From positions 1,440,001 to 1,504,000 of the forward strand of contig CAWJCS010000003.1 of the NCBI GenBank assembly GCA_963841435.1: a stretch of DNA of 64,000 nucleotides. The letters are read 5' to 3'. Position numbers and translations under genes: made by a program. Positions 39,141 through 48,090 of the stretch are shown here, piece after piece (the first letter of the stretch is position 1; each line of letters begins with the position of its first letter). The notes beneath the pieces were generated by a model. The model was given only the letters and a program-made list of their open reading frames with translations, ran no database searches and was not told the origin of the DNA. The stretch is from an uncultured delta proteobacterium (lineage in GTDB: Bacteria > Myxococcota_A > Polyangia > Polyangiales > Polyangiaceae).

Positions 39141-40460
39141 CTAGCCGCTCCCTGCGCCCTCGCCCGGCCCGAACGGCGGTTCGGCGGCGGGTGGCTCGGC
39201 ATTCGGCGCGGGCACGGGAGGCGTCACGACAACTGGAGCCGGCGGCTGCTCGGCCTGGACGGCGCGGCGGGCGAGCGGAAAGCCGACGGCGAACGTGAGG
39301 ATCGTGGTGAACACGGCGGCAAACACGGCAACCGGCAGCGTTTGCGTCCCGGGCACGCCAGCCGCGGCGGGGAGCGTGGCGAGGACCCCGGCCGCCATGC
39401 CGCGCGGCAAGCTCACCACCACGATTTTGGTCTGACCGGGTGACAGGCCGCTGCCGAGCACGGCGAGTCGCGCCGCAGGAACCCGCACCAAGAAGAGCAC
39501 GATGCCGAGGAGCAGCCCGAGCGCGATGAGGGGCCAGGGCGGCCCCAGCATGGCGCCGATGAACACGAAGAAGAACGACTTGATGATGAAGGTCATCTGC
39601 CGGTGAAAGCCGCGCACCGAGCTGTCGAGCTCCACGGGCGTCGCGAGCCCGATGCCCTTGGTGAGCGTCTTCGCGTTGCCCAAGACCACGGCGAACGTGA
39701 GAATGCCGAACGCGGCGCTGCCGCCCGCGCGCTCGACGGCGACGTAAAGCACGAGCAGGGCCGAGAGCGTGATCGGATAGGCGTGCTCGCTCTTCGCGAG
39801 CCAGTGCAGGAGCAGGAGCCAGAACACGCCCGAGACCAGCCCGACGGCGAGCGCGATGCCGAACTGGCGACCCAACGTGAGGAGCGGGCTCTCGCTAGGA
39901 CCGGCGGCGCTGCCTAGCAGCACCGCCATCAACGCCGTCGTCCCGACGACGCAGAGCGCGTCGGTGAGGGCGGACTCGAGGCCGACGAGGTTCGCGACCT
40001 TGGGCTCCATCCTGGCGCGGCTCATGGCCGGCATGACGATGATGGAGCTCGAACCGCCGAGGATCGTACCGAGCATGAAGCCGTGAACGAGCGTCCACTC
40101 GGGTGGCAAGAGGCCGAGCGCGCGAGCCGCCATGCTCATGAGCGCCATCACGAGCACGGCCGAGGAAAAGGTGAGCGAAGCGAGCAGGAGCGATCTCGGT
40201 GCCGCCTGCGAAAGCTCGCCGAGCCGGAGCGCGCTGCCACCTTCGAAGAGCACGATCACGAGCGTGATGGCCGCAAAGAACGGCGCGATCTGCCCCAGGA
40301 GCTCGCGCGAGACCATCCCCGTGATCGGACCGAGCAAAATGCCGGCCACGATGAGCCAGATCACGTCCGGGACGTTGGTGCGCTGGAAAACGATTTCTCC
40401 CAGTGCACCGAGCAGGAAGATCCCGGCGATGGAGAGAAGGAACATGGAGACCGGGCCCAT
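39141..40460 (-). CDS. Cation:proton antiporter (CPA1/NhaP-like)
   Basis: VPDVIWLIVAGILLGP, VLFEGG, LESALTDAL, FFFVFIG, LPRGMAAGVLA; about 12-13 TM helices. Confidence 0.9.
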   Translation of the reverse strand: MGPVSMFLLSIAGIFLLGALGEIVFQRTNVPDVIWLIVAGILLGPITGMVSRELLGQIAPFFAAITLVIVLFEGGSALRLGELSQAAPRSLLLASLTFSSAVLVMALMSMAARALGLLPPEWTLVHGFMLGTILGGSSSIIVMPAMSRARMEPKVANLVGLESALTDALCVVGTTALMAVLLGSAAGPSESPLLTLGRQFGIALAVGLVSGVFWLLLLHWLAKSEHAYPITLSALLVLYVAVERAGGSAAFGILTFAVVLGNAKTLTKGIGLATPVELDSSVRGFHRQMTFIIKSFFFVFIGAMLGPPWPLIALGLLLGIVLFLVRVPAARLAVLGSGLSPGQTKIVVVSLPRGMAAGVLATLPAAAGVPGTQTLPVAVFAAVFTTILTFAVGFPLARRAVQAEQPPAPVVVTPPVPAPNAEPPAAEPPFGPGEGAGSG

Positions 40461-40514
40461 CGGGGGATCATATCAGGTGCGAAAGCCCGAGCGCGTGCCA
40501 TGATGGCGCGAGAA

Positions 40515-41225
40515 ATGAGCGCCCCGTCGCCCCGAGCATTGCTGCTCCTCGCCGCGGTGTCCGGAGGAGTGGTCGGCGGCTTCGTGTCGTACGGCGTGAT
40601 GCGCGCCGGGCACCCCGCGACGAAGGCCGCGCCCAGCGCGAGCGCCGCGAACGACCTCGACGAGCGGATGGCGGCGCTCGAAGCCAAGGTCGGCGCGCTC
40701 GGGCGACAGAGGGCGCTCGGCCCGGCGTTGCGCGCGGTGCTGGCCGCCCCTGCGAAGAATGCCGCCGCACCTGCGACGAGCGGCGGTGACGACACCAGGG
40801 GCAGCGCCGACGGGTCCGCCTTGGTCGACGACCCGGTGTTCGAAGCAGCCGTGCGTAACGTCGTGGATCGAGCGCAGGAAGAGCGTGAAAACGAACGGCA
40901 GCTGCAGCGCGACGAGCAGCGGCGCGCTGCAGCACAACGGTGGTCGTCCGAGCTCGGTGAAAAACTCGGTTTGCGCGACGAGCAGAAAGCAGCGCTCGAG
41001 ACGCTGGCGCGAGAATTCTACGACGGTCTTCGTGAAACGTTGCGTGGCGGTGACGCGGGCGCTCCCGTCGGCTTCGAGGCGAGGCGCGAGGCGGTGCGAA
41101 CCTTGCGCGACAAGTACGAGGGGAAGCTCGGCGGGGTGCTCGATGCCGGCCAGATGCGCGAGTACGAAAAGCTCGACGACGCGCTCAAGCTCGGCGCCAG
41201 GCCCCGCTTTCGCGGACCACCGTGA
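40515..41225 (+). CDS. Hypothetical membrane-anchored coiled-coil protein
   Basis: N-terminal hydrophobic anchor; C-terminal LGLRDEQKAAL...VLDAGQMREY resembles LTxxQ (Spy/CpxP-like) helices. Confidence 0.6.
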   Translation: MSAPSPRALLLLAAVSGGVVGGFVSYGVMRAGHPATKAAPSASAANDLDERMAALEAKVGALGRQRALGPALRAVLAAPAKNAAAPATSGGDDTRGSADGSALVDDPVFEAAVRNVVDRAQEERENERQLQRDEQRRAAAQRWSSELGEKLGLRDEQKAALETLAREFYDGLRETLRGGDAGAPVGFEARREAVRTLRDKYEGKLGGVLDAGQMREYEKLDDALKLGARPRFRGPP

Positions 41226-41261
41226 GCCGGAGCTCCGGGCGGGCGTCCGCGGGCGCCTCGG

Positions 41262-42632
41262 TCACGGAAGCAGCTTGAACTCGATGCGGCGGTTCTTCTG
41301 CCGCCCGCTTTGGCCCTTGTTGTCGGCTATCGGTTGCTCCGAGCCCGCGCCGCGCGTGCGGATGCGCTTCTCGTCCATGCCGTGCTCGACGAACCACTTC
41401 TTCACGGCCTCGGCGCGCTGCCGAGACAGCGTGAGGTTGTCCTCCGGCTTTCCAACGTCGTCGGTGTGCCCGGAAATCTCGATGCGCGTCTGCGGAAATT
41501 CCTGGAGCACGAGCAACGCGGCGTTCAGGACGCCCTCGGACACCCGACGGATCGTGTCCTTGCCGGTGTCGAATTCGATGCCCTGGATGACGCCCGTGAA
41601 CTTTCGCACCTTCTCGGGCACTTCGTCGGGGCAGCCGTCGTCGTCATCGAAACCATTGTGGGTCTCGGGCTCGTCCGGGCAGCGGTCGTTCGGGGCGAGC
41701 ACGCCGTCGTGATCGGGGTCGAGGTCCGGACAGCCGTTGACGGTCCCGGGCTCGGAGGGACAGTGGTCGTACTCGTCGGGCAAGCCGTCCGAGTCGGTGT
41801 CGCGCACGGGGCAGCCGCCGCGTCTCGCGCCGCCGGGTTCCGTTGGGCAAACGTCCTTCGAATCCGAGATGCCGTCGCCGTCAACGTCGCCGTCCGGGCA
41901 GCCGTCGGGGACGAGGCCGGGCTCGAGAGGGCAGCGATCGCTCGGGTCGACGATGCCGTCCCGGTCGGAGTCCCGGGGAGCGACGGCCGGAACGCAGCGC
42001 TCGTGGCGCGGCTCGAGTGCCACCGCGACACCAATCTGGAGCTCGGGGTCGTGGGTCAGATGTCCCTGGGCGGCGTTGGAACGCTGAATCAGGGTGTCGC
42101 GCAGGTCGAGCCGGAGCGACACGTTTTCGATCAGCGCGAGCTTCATGCCTGCGCCGAAGTGGAGCGCCGGATCGGTGTCGGTGCCCATGCTGCTGCTCGC
42201 CCCACCGAGCGCTCCGCCCCCGAACAGCGCGAACGGGACGAAGCGACCCAGGGGAAACTGGGCAATCGCATGGATACGTGCGCCGAAGATGGCCGCCGAC
42301 CCGTCGCTGTCCGTGCTCGAGTGAAGCCGCATCCCCTCGATCTCGGCGCCGGCGTAGCGCACCGGCAAAAAACCCACGCGGAGAGCGCCACCGACGCTCG
42401 TACCGTACGGCTCGAGGGCGTCGTGCTCGTCACGGAGGTTGTGGTGGGGGGAGGGCACCATGACCGACAGGCTCGCACCGATGCTCCATTCGAGGTCGCG
42501 CGGCTCGAGCGCCCGGGCATCGGAGGTGGTTTCGGAGGCCGGCGGCGCCACGCCGGGGGCCGCTTGCACCTCGCCCGCGAGAGCGGCGACGAAGAGCACT
42601 GACGCGAGAATCGAGCTGCGCGCCGTGGGCAT
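41262..42632 (-). CDS. OmpA-family protein: N-terminal beta-barrel, thrombospondin type-3 (DxDxDG) repeats, C-terminal peptidoglycan-binding domain
   Basis: DSDRDGIVD, DVDGDGISD, DTDSDGLPD, DPDHDGV, DDDGCPD; IEISGHTD, LSRQRAEAV, NRRIEF. Confidence 0.93.
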   Translation of the reverse strand: MPTARSSILASVLFVAALAGEVQAAPGVAPPASETTSDARALEPRDLEWSIGASLSVMVPSPHHNLRDEHDALEPYGTSVGGALRVGFLPVRYAGAEIEGMRLHSSTDSDGSAAIFGARIHAIAQFPLGRFVPFALFGGGALGGASSSMGTDTDPALHFGAGMKLALIENVSLRLDLRDTLIQRSNAAQGHLTHDPELQIGVAVALEPRHERCVPAVAPRDSDRDGIVDPSDRCPLEPGLVPDGCPDGDVDGDGISDSKDVCPTEPGGARRGGCPVRDTDSDGLPDEYDHCPSEPGTVNGCPDLDPDHDGVLAPNDRCPDEPETHNGFDDDDGCPDEVPEKVRKFTGVIQGIEFDTGKDTIRRVSEGVLNAALLVLQEFPQTRIEISGHTDDVGKPEDNLTLSRQRAEAVKKWFVEHGMDEKRIRTRGAGSEQPIADNKGQSGRQKNRRIEFKLLP

Positions 42633-42660
42633 CGGTCCGTCTCCCAGCGCCGTCACGGGC

Positions 42661-45600
42661 TCAGGCGTCAACCGTGACACCGAGGCGCTCACGCACCGAC
42701 AGGTGGGCCCGGCCGACCGAGTAAACGAGCAGATCGCGTGCCCGCGCGACCGATTCCTGGGCGCCGGGGCGCGCCGCCTCGTTGCGCACGAAATTCGCGG
42801 CCACGTCGAGATCACCGCAGAGGATGAGCCCGGCGCGGTCGGCTGCCTGATCGACCGAGCGTATCCAACGCTTGAGGTCGAGCGCGGCACTGTCGGACAA
42901 GAGCTTCGACACGGTGTGCACGAGGTGATCGCGGTACTCACCGCTCGCGGCTCCCTGAAGCACGGATGCAGCCTCGGCAACCGACGCCTCGAGCTCGGGC
43001 GCGACCGGGAACTTCGGCTTCACGAGGCGAATCGCGCCGAGCAGCCAGGCCTTGAGCGCCGTGAGGTTCGGCAGCACCGTCCGGAGGCGCAGCCCGGGCA
43101 GCTGGTGAGCGAGCTCCGAGCCGGCGAGGAACGCGCTTTCGAGCGGCCCCATGTCCTCGGAGAACGCGCCCGCGCCGAGCACGACGGCCGGGTCCGGCGT
43201 CGCGAGCGGCGTTACGCGCGCCGGATCGGTCTGGCGCTGGAAGATGCGCGGCTCATCGGCCGGAAGGACCTGCGCGCCGTGGTAGAATGCATAAACGAGC
43301 CCGTGGGGGTAACGCTCCATATCGAGCTCGTCCTCGATGGACAGACCGTAGGCCGTCTCGGGCCGCCCGCGCACCGAGAGCACGTACGGCTGAATCAGGG
43401 AGAAGAGCGACGTGATGAGCGGCTCGCCGTCCGCGGGCATCACGAGCTCCATCCATTCCTCGGCCGACAGCCGGCGGCGCGCCACGACGAGCTCTTCGTT
43501 GCGGAAACGCGCGTAGAAACGCGACTCGTCCGGCTGCGCCTGGCCGAGGACGTGCAGCGCTTGGCAGCTCAGCCAGGCGCCGTCGGCGTGGCGTGACTGC
43601 GTGTGGACCCGCCGCATCAGTTGGTAGGGGTCGGGGCGGTACGGATCCACCTCGACCCAGAGTGCGAGCGTGTCGATGGCCTGGTCGGCGTAGGCAGCGT
43701 CGCTGGCGTAGGTGCGCGCGAGGCGCTCGAGCCATCTGACGCCGTCCGGCTCGACGTCGAGCGCCGACTCGTAGACGCGCGCCGCCTGCTCGACGCTGCC
43801 GAGGCGCTCGTAGGTCTCGCCGAGCTCGTCGAGCGTCGACAGAAGCTCCTTGTGCTGCCCGGCGGCGGCAAGCTTTTGCGCGCGAGCCTTGAGGAGGTCC
43901 TTGATGCCATCCCAGTCCGCAAGCCGCCGGCGAATGGCAAGCGCCTCCTGCATCGCGCCCTCGTGCGAGGGGTCGGCTTCGAGGGCGGCGTCGAGCAACC
44001 CGAGCGCCAGGTCGGGATCGCCGATTTCGCGCGCAGCGACCATGGCCGCCGTGTGCAAATACTTCGCCTTTTGCTTGGGATCGTCGACGAGCTCGGCGAG
44101 GCGCGTCACCACCTCGAGCAGGCGCGACCAGTCCTTCTCGGCGCTGAAGAGCTGCATGAGCCGCATGAGAATCCGGCGATCGTTCGGCGCGAGGTCGAGC
44201 GCCATGAGGAAGCAGCGCCCCGCGTAGTCGTTGTCGCCGAGCTTGTCGGCGACGATCTCGCCGAGCTCGACGAGCAACGGGACCCGCGCCTCGCCCTCGA
44301 GGAGCTCGATCTCGCGGCGCCGCATGTCCACGCTGCGCTGGAGGTCGCCGAGATCGGCGTACACGTCCGCGAGCGCATGGAGCGCCAAGCGCGATTCGGG
44401 GTCGAGGTGGACGGCGCGGTCGAGCTCCGCGAGCGCCTGTTGCCCCTTGCCCTGCTTGCGCAGCGCGTCGCCCAGCAGTCGCCGCGCGAGCGCCTCCTCG
44501 GCCGGTTCGAGCAGCTCGGCGTGCTCCTCGAGGAGCCGCCGCACGAGCTCCGCCGTGCGCTGCGGCGAGCCGTGCGCCGCGCTGATCTCGCACACCGGCA
44601 AGAGGAAGCTCGCGCTCTTGCCCAGCACGTCCAGAAACTGATCCGCTGCGGCGAGCGCCTTGTCGTGCGCGCCGGACTTCGCCAGCGAATCGACGTAGGC
44701 GAAGATCGTTTCGGCGACCTCGTCCTCGGGCAGTGCCTCCGCCTGAGTGACCACGGACTCGAGGCGCTTCGTGGCCTCGACGTAGCGCCCGTCGGCGTAC
44801 GCGACGCGCGCCTGCACGCGCAGACCGTCGAGGTTCGTGGGGTCGAGGTGCAGCGCCATCTGCGCCATCGCCATGGCGCGCTCGTCGTCGCTCAGGTGCC
44901 GGTGGCACACGAGCGCGATCTGACCTGCCACGGCCGCACGCGCACGGTCGCCTTGCGTCGCCGCGAGGCGCTCCTCGAGCAGCTCGACAGCCGCGGCGTG
45001 GTGCCCGACGTCGATGTACGCGGCGATCAGCTTGCGACTGGCCGTCGCGTGCTCCGGCACGGCATCGAGCGCGCGTTTGAGCTCGCGAATCGCGCCATGC
45101 TGATCGCCACGCTCGCGCAAGAGCTCCGCGGCTCGTACGAAGTGCTCGGCGCGATCGTTGGGTGTCGCCGCCGTGTCGGCGAGGCGCTCGATGGCAGCGA
45201 GCGCGCTCTCCGAGTCGCCGACGCGTGAGCGCAACCCCGCCAGGGCCGCGAGCGCGGCGGAGTGTTGCGGCGCAAGCTCGAGGACGCGCTCGAGCTCCTC
45301 GATGGCCCGTGTGAGGAGCCCGAGTCGCTCGTCGAACAACCGGGCGAGCGCGAGACCGGCGTCGATCTTCCACTCCTTGTCGGTCGACACTTCGATCTGG
45401 GACTCGTAGAGGTCTCGAAGCTCGTTCCAGCGCTCGAGGCGCCGGTAGTGGCGGGACAAATCCATCGCGGCATTCGAGCGCGACGGGTCGAGCGAAAGCA
45501 CGGCCTCCAGTGCCGCGGCGGCCTGCGTCGGGTCGAGGTACTCCTCGTCGTAGATGCCGGCGAGCCGCTCGTAGAAGCCGATCTTCTGCCGCGGCGTCAC

Positions 45601-47940
45601 GCTGAGCTCGATCTCCTGCTTTAGGACATCGACGAGCTCCCGGTAGCGCTGGCCTCGGCTCAGCACGCGATCGAGGCCGCGCAGCGCGTCGAGCTGCTTG
45701 GGGTCCTCCGCAAGGATGCGGCGAAACAACCGCTCCGCTTCGTCAACCTCGTCGAGCTCGACCTCGTAGGCCTCGGCAATCTGCATCACCTGGCGGTAGC
45801 GTTCCTCACCGCGCAGCGAGAGCGCGCGCGATTCGAGCAGCTCGAGCGCACGGCGGTTCTCACCGCGCGCCCTGAGCACGCCGGCCATGCCCTCCGCCGC
45901 CTTGCCGTGCCCCGGATCCTCGGCCAAAACCGCGGCGAAGAGCTCCTCGGCGGCGGCCGGGTTGCCGAGGCGCGTCGCGAGCACGTCGGCCGCCTCGGCG
46001 CGCAGGTCACGCGCCACGGGCGGCGCCGCAACGTCGGCCCGCCGCACGAGCACTTGCCCGAGCTCGGTCCATTGCTGGGCCTTGCGGTAGAGATCCGCCA
46101 GGGCCGTGAGCGCGGCATCGTTGCTGGGGTCGCGGGCGAGCACGGCGCTCAGGAGCTCTCGTGCCATGTCCTGCCGCGACAGCTTGCTCGCGTACCAGTC
46201 CGCGGCGCGAAGCAAGAGCGCCACGCGTGCCTCCTCGGCAAGCTCACCGTTGGCGGCGTCGGCGCAGCGGTCGAGCACCTCGGCCCAGGCCTTGCTGTTG
46301 CCGGAGGCGATGCGCTCGACGGCGCGCACGCGCTCCTCGGACAGCGGGTCTTCGCAGAAGGCCTGCGCGAACGCGACCACGGCCTGGTCCTTGTCGGCGA
46401 GCTCGCCGGCATAAAGCTCGCCGATCTCGGCGTAGCACTCGGCGCGCTCGAACGCCGACTTTGCCGCCTCGCTCCGCGCGAGGAAGAGCTCGACGAGCGA
46501 CTCGTGCTTCTTCAAGCGCTTCCGCAGGCGGACGAGCGCGGCGAAGCTCGAGGCGTCGCTCTCGTCGAGCTCGACGAGCCTCTCGTAGAGCGCTTCGGCC
46601 TGCTCGTAGTCGCCACCCGTCTCGAACAGGCGCGCGGCGCGCATCAACAAGCGCGGGATGGCGCGGCTCGCGCCGGGCGGGTCACGCTCCTCGACGACGT
46701 TGACGGCGTCGCAGAAACCCTGTGCGATGCGCAGCGCGTCCGCGCCCAGATCGACGCTCGCTTCGAGCGCCGCCGCCTCCTGCTCGTCGAGTGGGTTTTC
46801 GGCGAGGATCGCGAAGCGCCCCTCGAGCCGCTCGTCACTGACCCAGCTCGGCGGCCGCGTGGAAGCGCGCCAGACGCGACGGAGCGCCTCGAGCAGCTCG
46901 CTGCCGTCACGCGGCCGGTTGGCGGGCTCGCAATCGATGAGCAGCTGCACGAACGCGTCAACGTCCGGCCCCACGCCGCGCGCTCCCAGGAACGAGAGCG
47001 GCTCGGGCGTCTCCATGAGGTGCGAGACGGCGGTGTCGGCGGCGCTGCTGCCCTCGAAGGGGTCCTTGCCCGACAGGACCTGGTAGGCGAGCACGCCGAA
47101 CGCGTACACGTCGCTCGTCGGCTCGACGCCCTTGCCGCGCAGCGTTTCGGGAGCGATCCCCGACATCCAGCTACGATGCTGCACGCCCGGCGCGAGGGGC
47201 AGCGTGGGGCGGAGCAGGTGCGCCCCCGGATCGAGCAACATGACGCGTGGCGACGATAGTGAGCCGTCGAGCACGAGCACGTTGGCGAGGTGCAGCGCCC
47301 CGTGCACGAGGCGCCGCTCGTGCAGCATGGCAAGCGGTTCCGCGATGGCGTGGAGCAGGGGTAAAAGCTCGTTCACGTGGCGCGGCCCCGTGCGCTTGAG
47401 CGTCTCTGCCAGCGTCTCGCCCTCCAAAAAAGGGTGAGCGACGAGGAACGCGCCGCCCGCTTCTCGAGCGATCACGCCTTCGGGGAGTCCCGGGTGCGTC
47501 ACGCCCGCAGCACGGCGGGTCGCGAGGAGGTAACGCTGCGCGTCGCTCGTCGGCGCACCGGTGACGATGCGGAGCCGCATCAAGTCGCCGTCGTAGTACG
47601 CGCGGTGAACGACGGCGTTCGGCCCCGTGCCGAGCTCGGCGACGAGCGTGAAACCGGCCGCGTGAAGGGCGTCTTCCGTCGGTGGGATCGACGCGCCGTT
47701 CTTCGTGCGCAGCGCGCGACCTTCGGTCTGGCGCGCTCCCTCGACGGCGTCGATCAGCGCCTCGACGGCATCGTGCTCGACACAGCGCTCGGCGAGCGAA
47801 CGCGCGAAGGACGCCTTGGCGCCGGCGCCGCCGATCGCATCGGGCTCGAGGCCGAGCACGGCCAGTCCAAAATCCTGGAGCTCGACGAGATCGAAAAGGC
47901 GCTCGAGCTCCGCGCTCAGGGTGTCACTGGAGAGGGCCAC
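42661..47940 (-). CDS. Giant protein: N-terminal EAD/death-like helical domain, degenerate kinase domain, long TPR array, C-terminal helical domain
   Basis: Kinase-like ELGTGPNAVV, LVHGALHLANVLV, LLDPG, IAPE, SDVYAFG; many TPR units; GTG start at 47940 inferred. Confidence 0.85.
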   Translation of the reverse strand: MALSSDTLSAELERLFDLVELQDFGLAVLGLEPDAIGGAGAKASFARSLAERCVEHDAVEALIDAVEGARQTEGRALRTKNGASIPPTEDALHAAGFTLVAELGTGPNAVVHRAYYDGDLMRLRIVTGAPTSDAQRYLLATRRAAGVTHPGLPEGVIAREAGGAFLVAHPFLEGETLAETLKRTGPRHVNELLPLLHAIAEPLAMLHERRLVHGALHLANVLVLDGSLSSPRVMLLDPGAHLLRPTLPLAPGVQHRSWMSGIAPETLRGKGVEPTSDVYAFGVLAYQVLSGKDPFEGSSAADTAVSHLMETPEPLSFLGARGVGPDVDAFVQLLIDCEPANRPRDGSELLEALRRVWRASTRPPSWVSDERLEGRFAILAENPLDEQEAAALEASVDLGADALRIAQGFCDAVNVVEERDPPGASRAIPRLLMRAARLFETGGDYEQAEALYERLVELDESDASSFAALVRLRKRLKKHESLVELFLARSEAAKSAFERAECYAEIGELYAGELADKDQAVVAFAQAFCEDPLSEERVRAVERIASGNSKAWAEVLDRCADAANGELAEEARVALLLRAADWYASKLSRQDMARELLSAVLARDPSNDAALTALADLYRKAQQWTELGQVLVRRADVAAPPVARDLRAEAADVLATRLGNPAAAEELFAAVLAEDPGHGKAAEGMAGVLRARGENRRALELLESRALSLRGEERYRQVMQIAEAYEVELDEVDEAERLFRRILAEDPKQLDALRGLDRVLSRGQRYRELVDVLKQEIELSVTPRQKIGFYERLAGIYDEEYLDPTQAAAALEAVLSLDPSRSNAAMDLSRHYRRLERWNELRDLYESQIEVSTDKEWKIDAGLALARLFDERLGLLTRAIEELERVLELAPQHSAALAALAGLRSRVGDSESALAAIERLADTAATPNDRAEHFVRAAELLRERGDQHGAIRELKRALDAVPEHATASRKLIAAYIDVGHHAAAVELLEERLAATQGDRARAAVAGQIALVCHRHLSDDERAMAMAQMALHLDPTNLDGLRVQARVAYADGRYVEATKRLESVVTQAEALPEDEVAETIFAYVDSLAKSGAHDKALAAADQFLDVLGKSASFLLPVCEISAAHGSPQRTAELVRRLLEEHAELLEPAEEALARRLLGDALRKQGKGQQALAELDRAVHLDPESRLALHALADVYADLGDLQRSVDMRRREIELLEGEARVPLLVELGEIVADKLGDNDYAGRCFLMALDLAPNDRRILMRLMQLFSAEKDWSRLLEVVTRLAELVDDPKQKAKYLHTAAMVAAREIGDPDLALGLLDAALEADPSHEGAMQEALAIRRRLADWDGIKDLLKARAQKLAAAGQHKELLSTLDELGETYERLGSVEQAARVYESALDVEPDGVRWLERLARTYASDAAYADQAIDTLALWVEVDPYRPDPYQLMRRVHTQSRHADGAWLSCQALHVLGQAQPDESRFYARFRNEELVVARRRLSAEEWMELVMPADGEPLITSLFSLIQPYVLSVRGRPETAYGLSIEDELDMERYPHGLVYAFYHGAQVLPADEPRIFQRQTDPARVTPLATPDPAVVLGAGAFSEDMGPLESAFLAGSELAHQLPGLRLRTVLPNLTALKAWLLGAIRLVKPKFPVAPELEASVAEAASVLQGAASGEYRDHLVHTVSKLLSDSAALDLKRWIRSVDQAADRAGLILCGDLDVAANFVRNEAARPGAQESVARARDLLVYSVGRAHLSVRERLGVTVDA

Positions 47941-48090
47941 GGGCGGTCTTTTACCACTACTGTAAGCGCCCGGCGTTATTCGCCACGCGGGCGCCAGAGA
48001 CACCCGGAAGAGCCCCCACGCGGCCGGGCCGGCTGCGGCCGGGCCGGGCCGGGCGTGCGGGGCAGGGCCCCTGCTTCCCGCCGCGATGCA

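Noticed and set aside
48010-48075. GC-rich ggccg iterations as a terminator or REP element
   Set aside because: No U-tract and no second copy recognised in the window.
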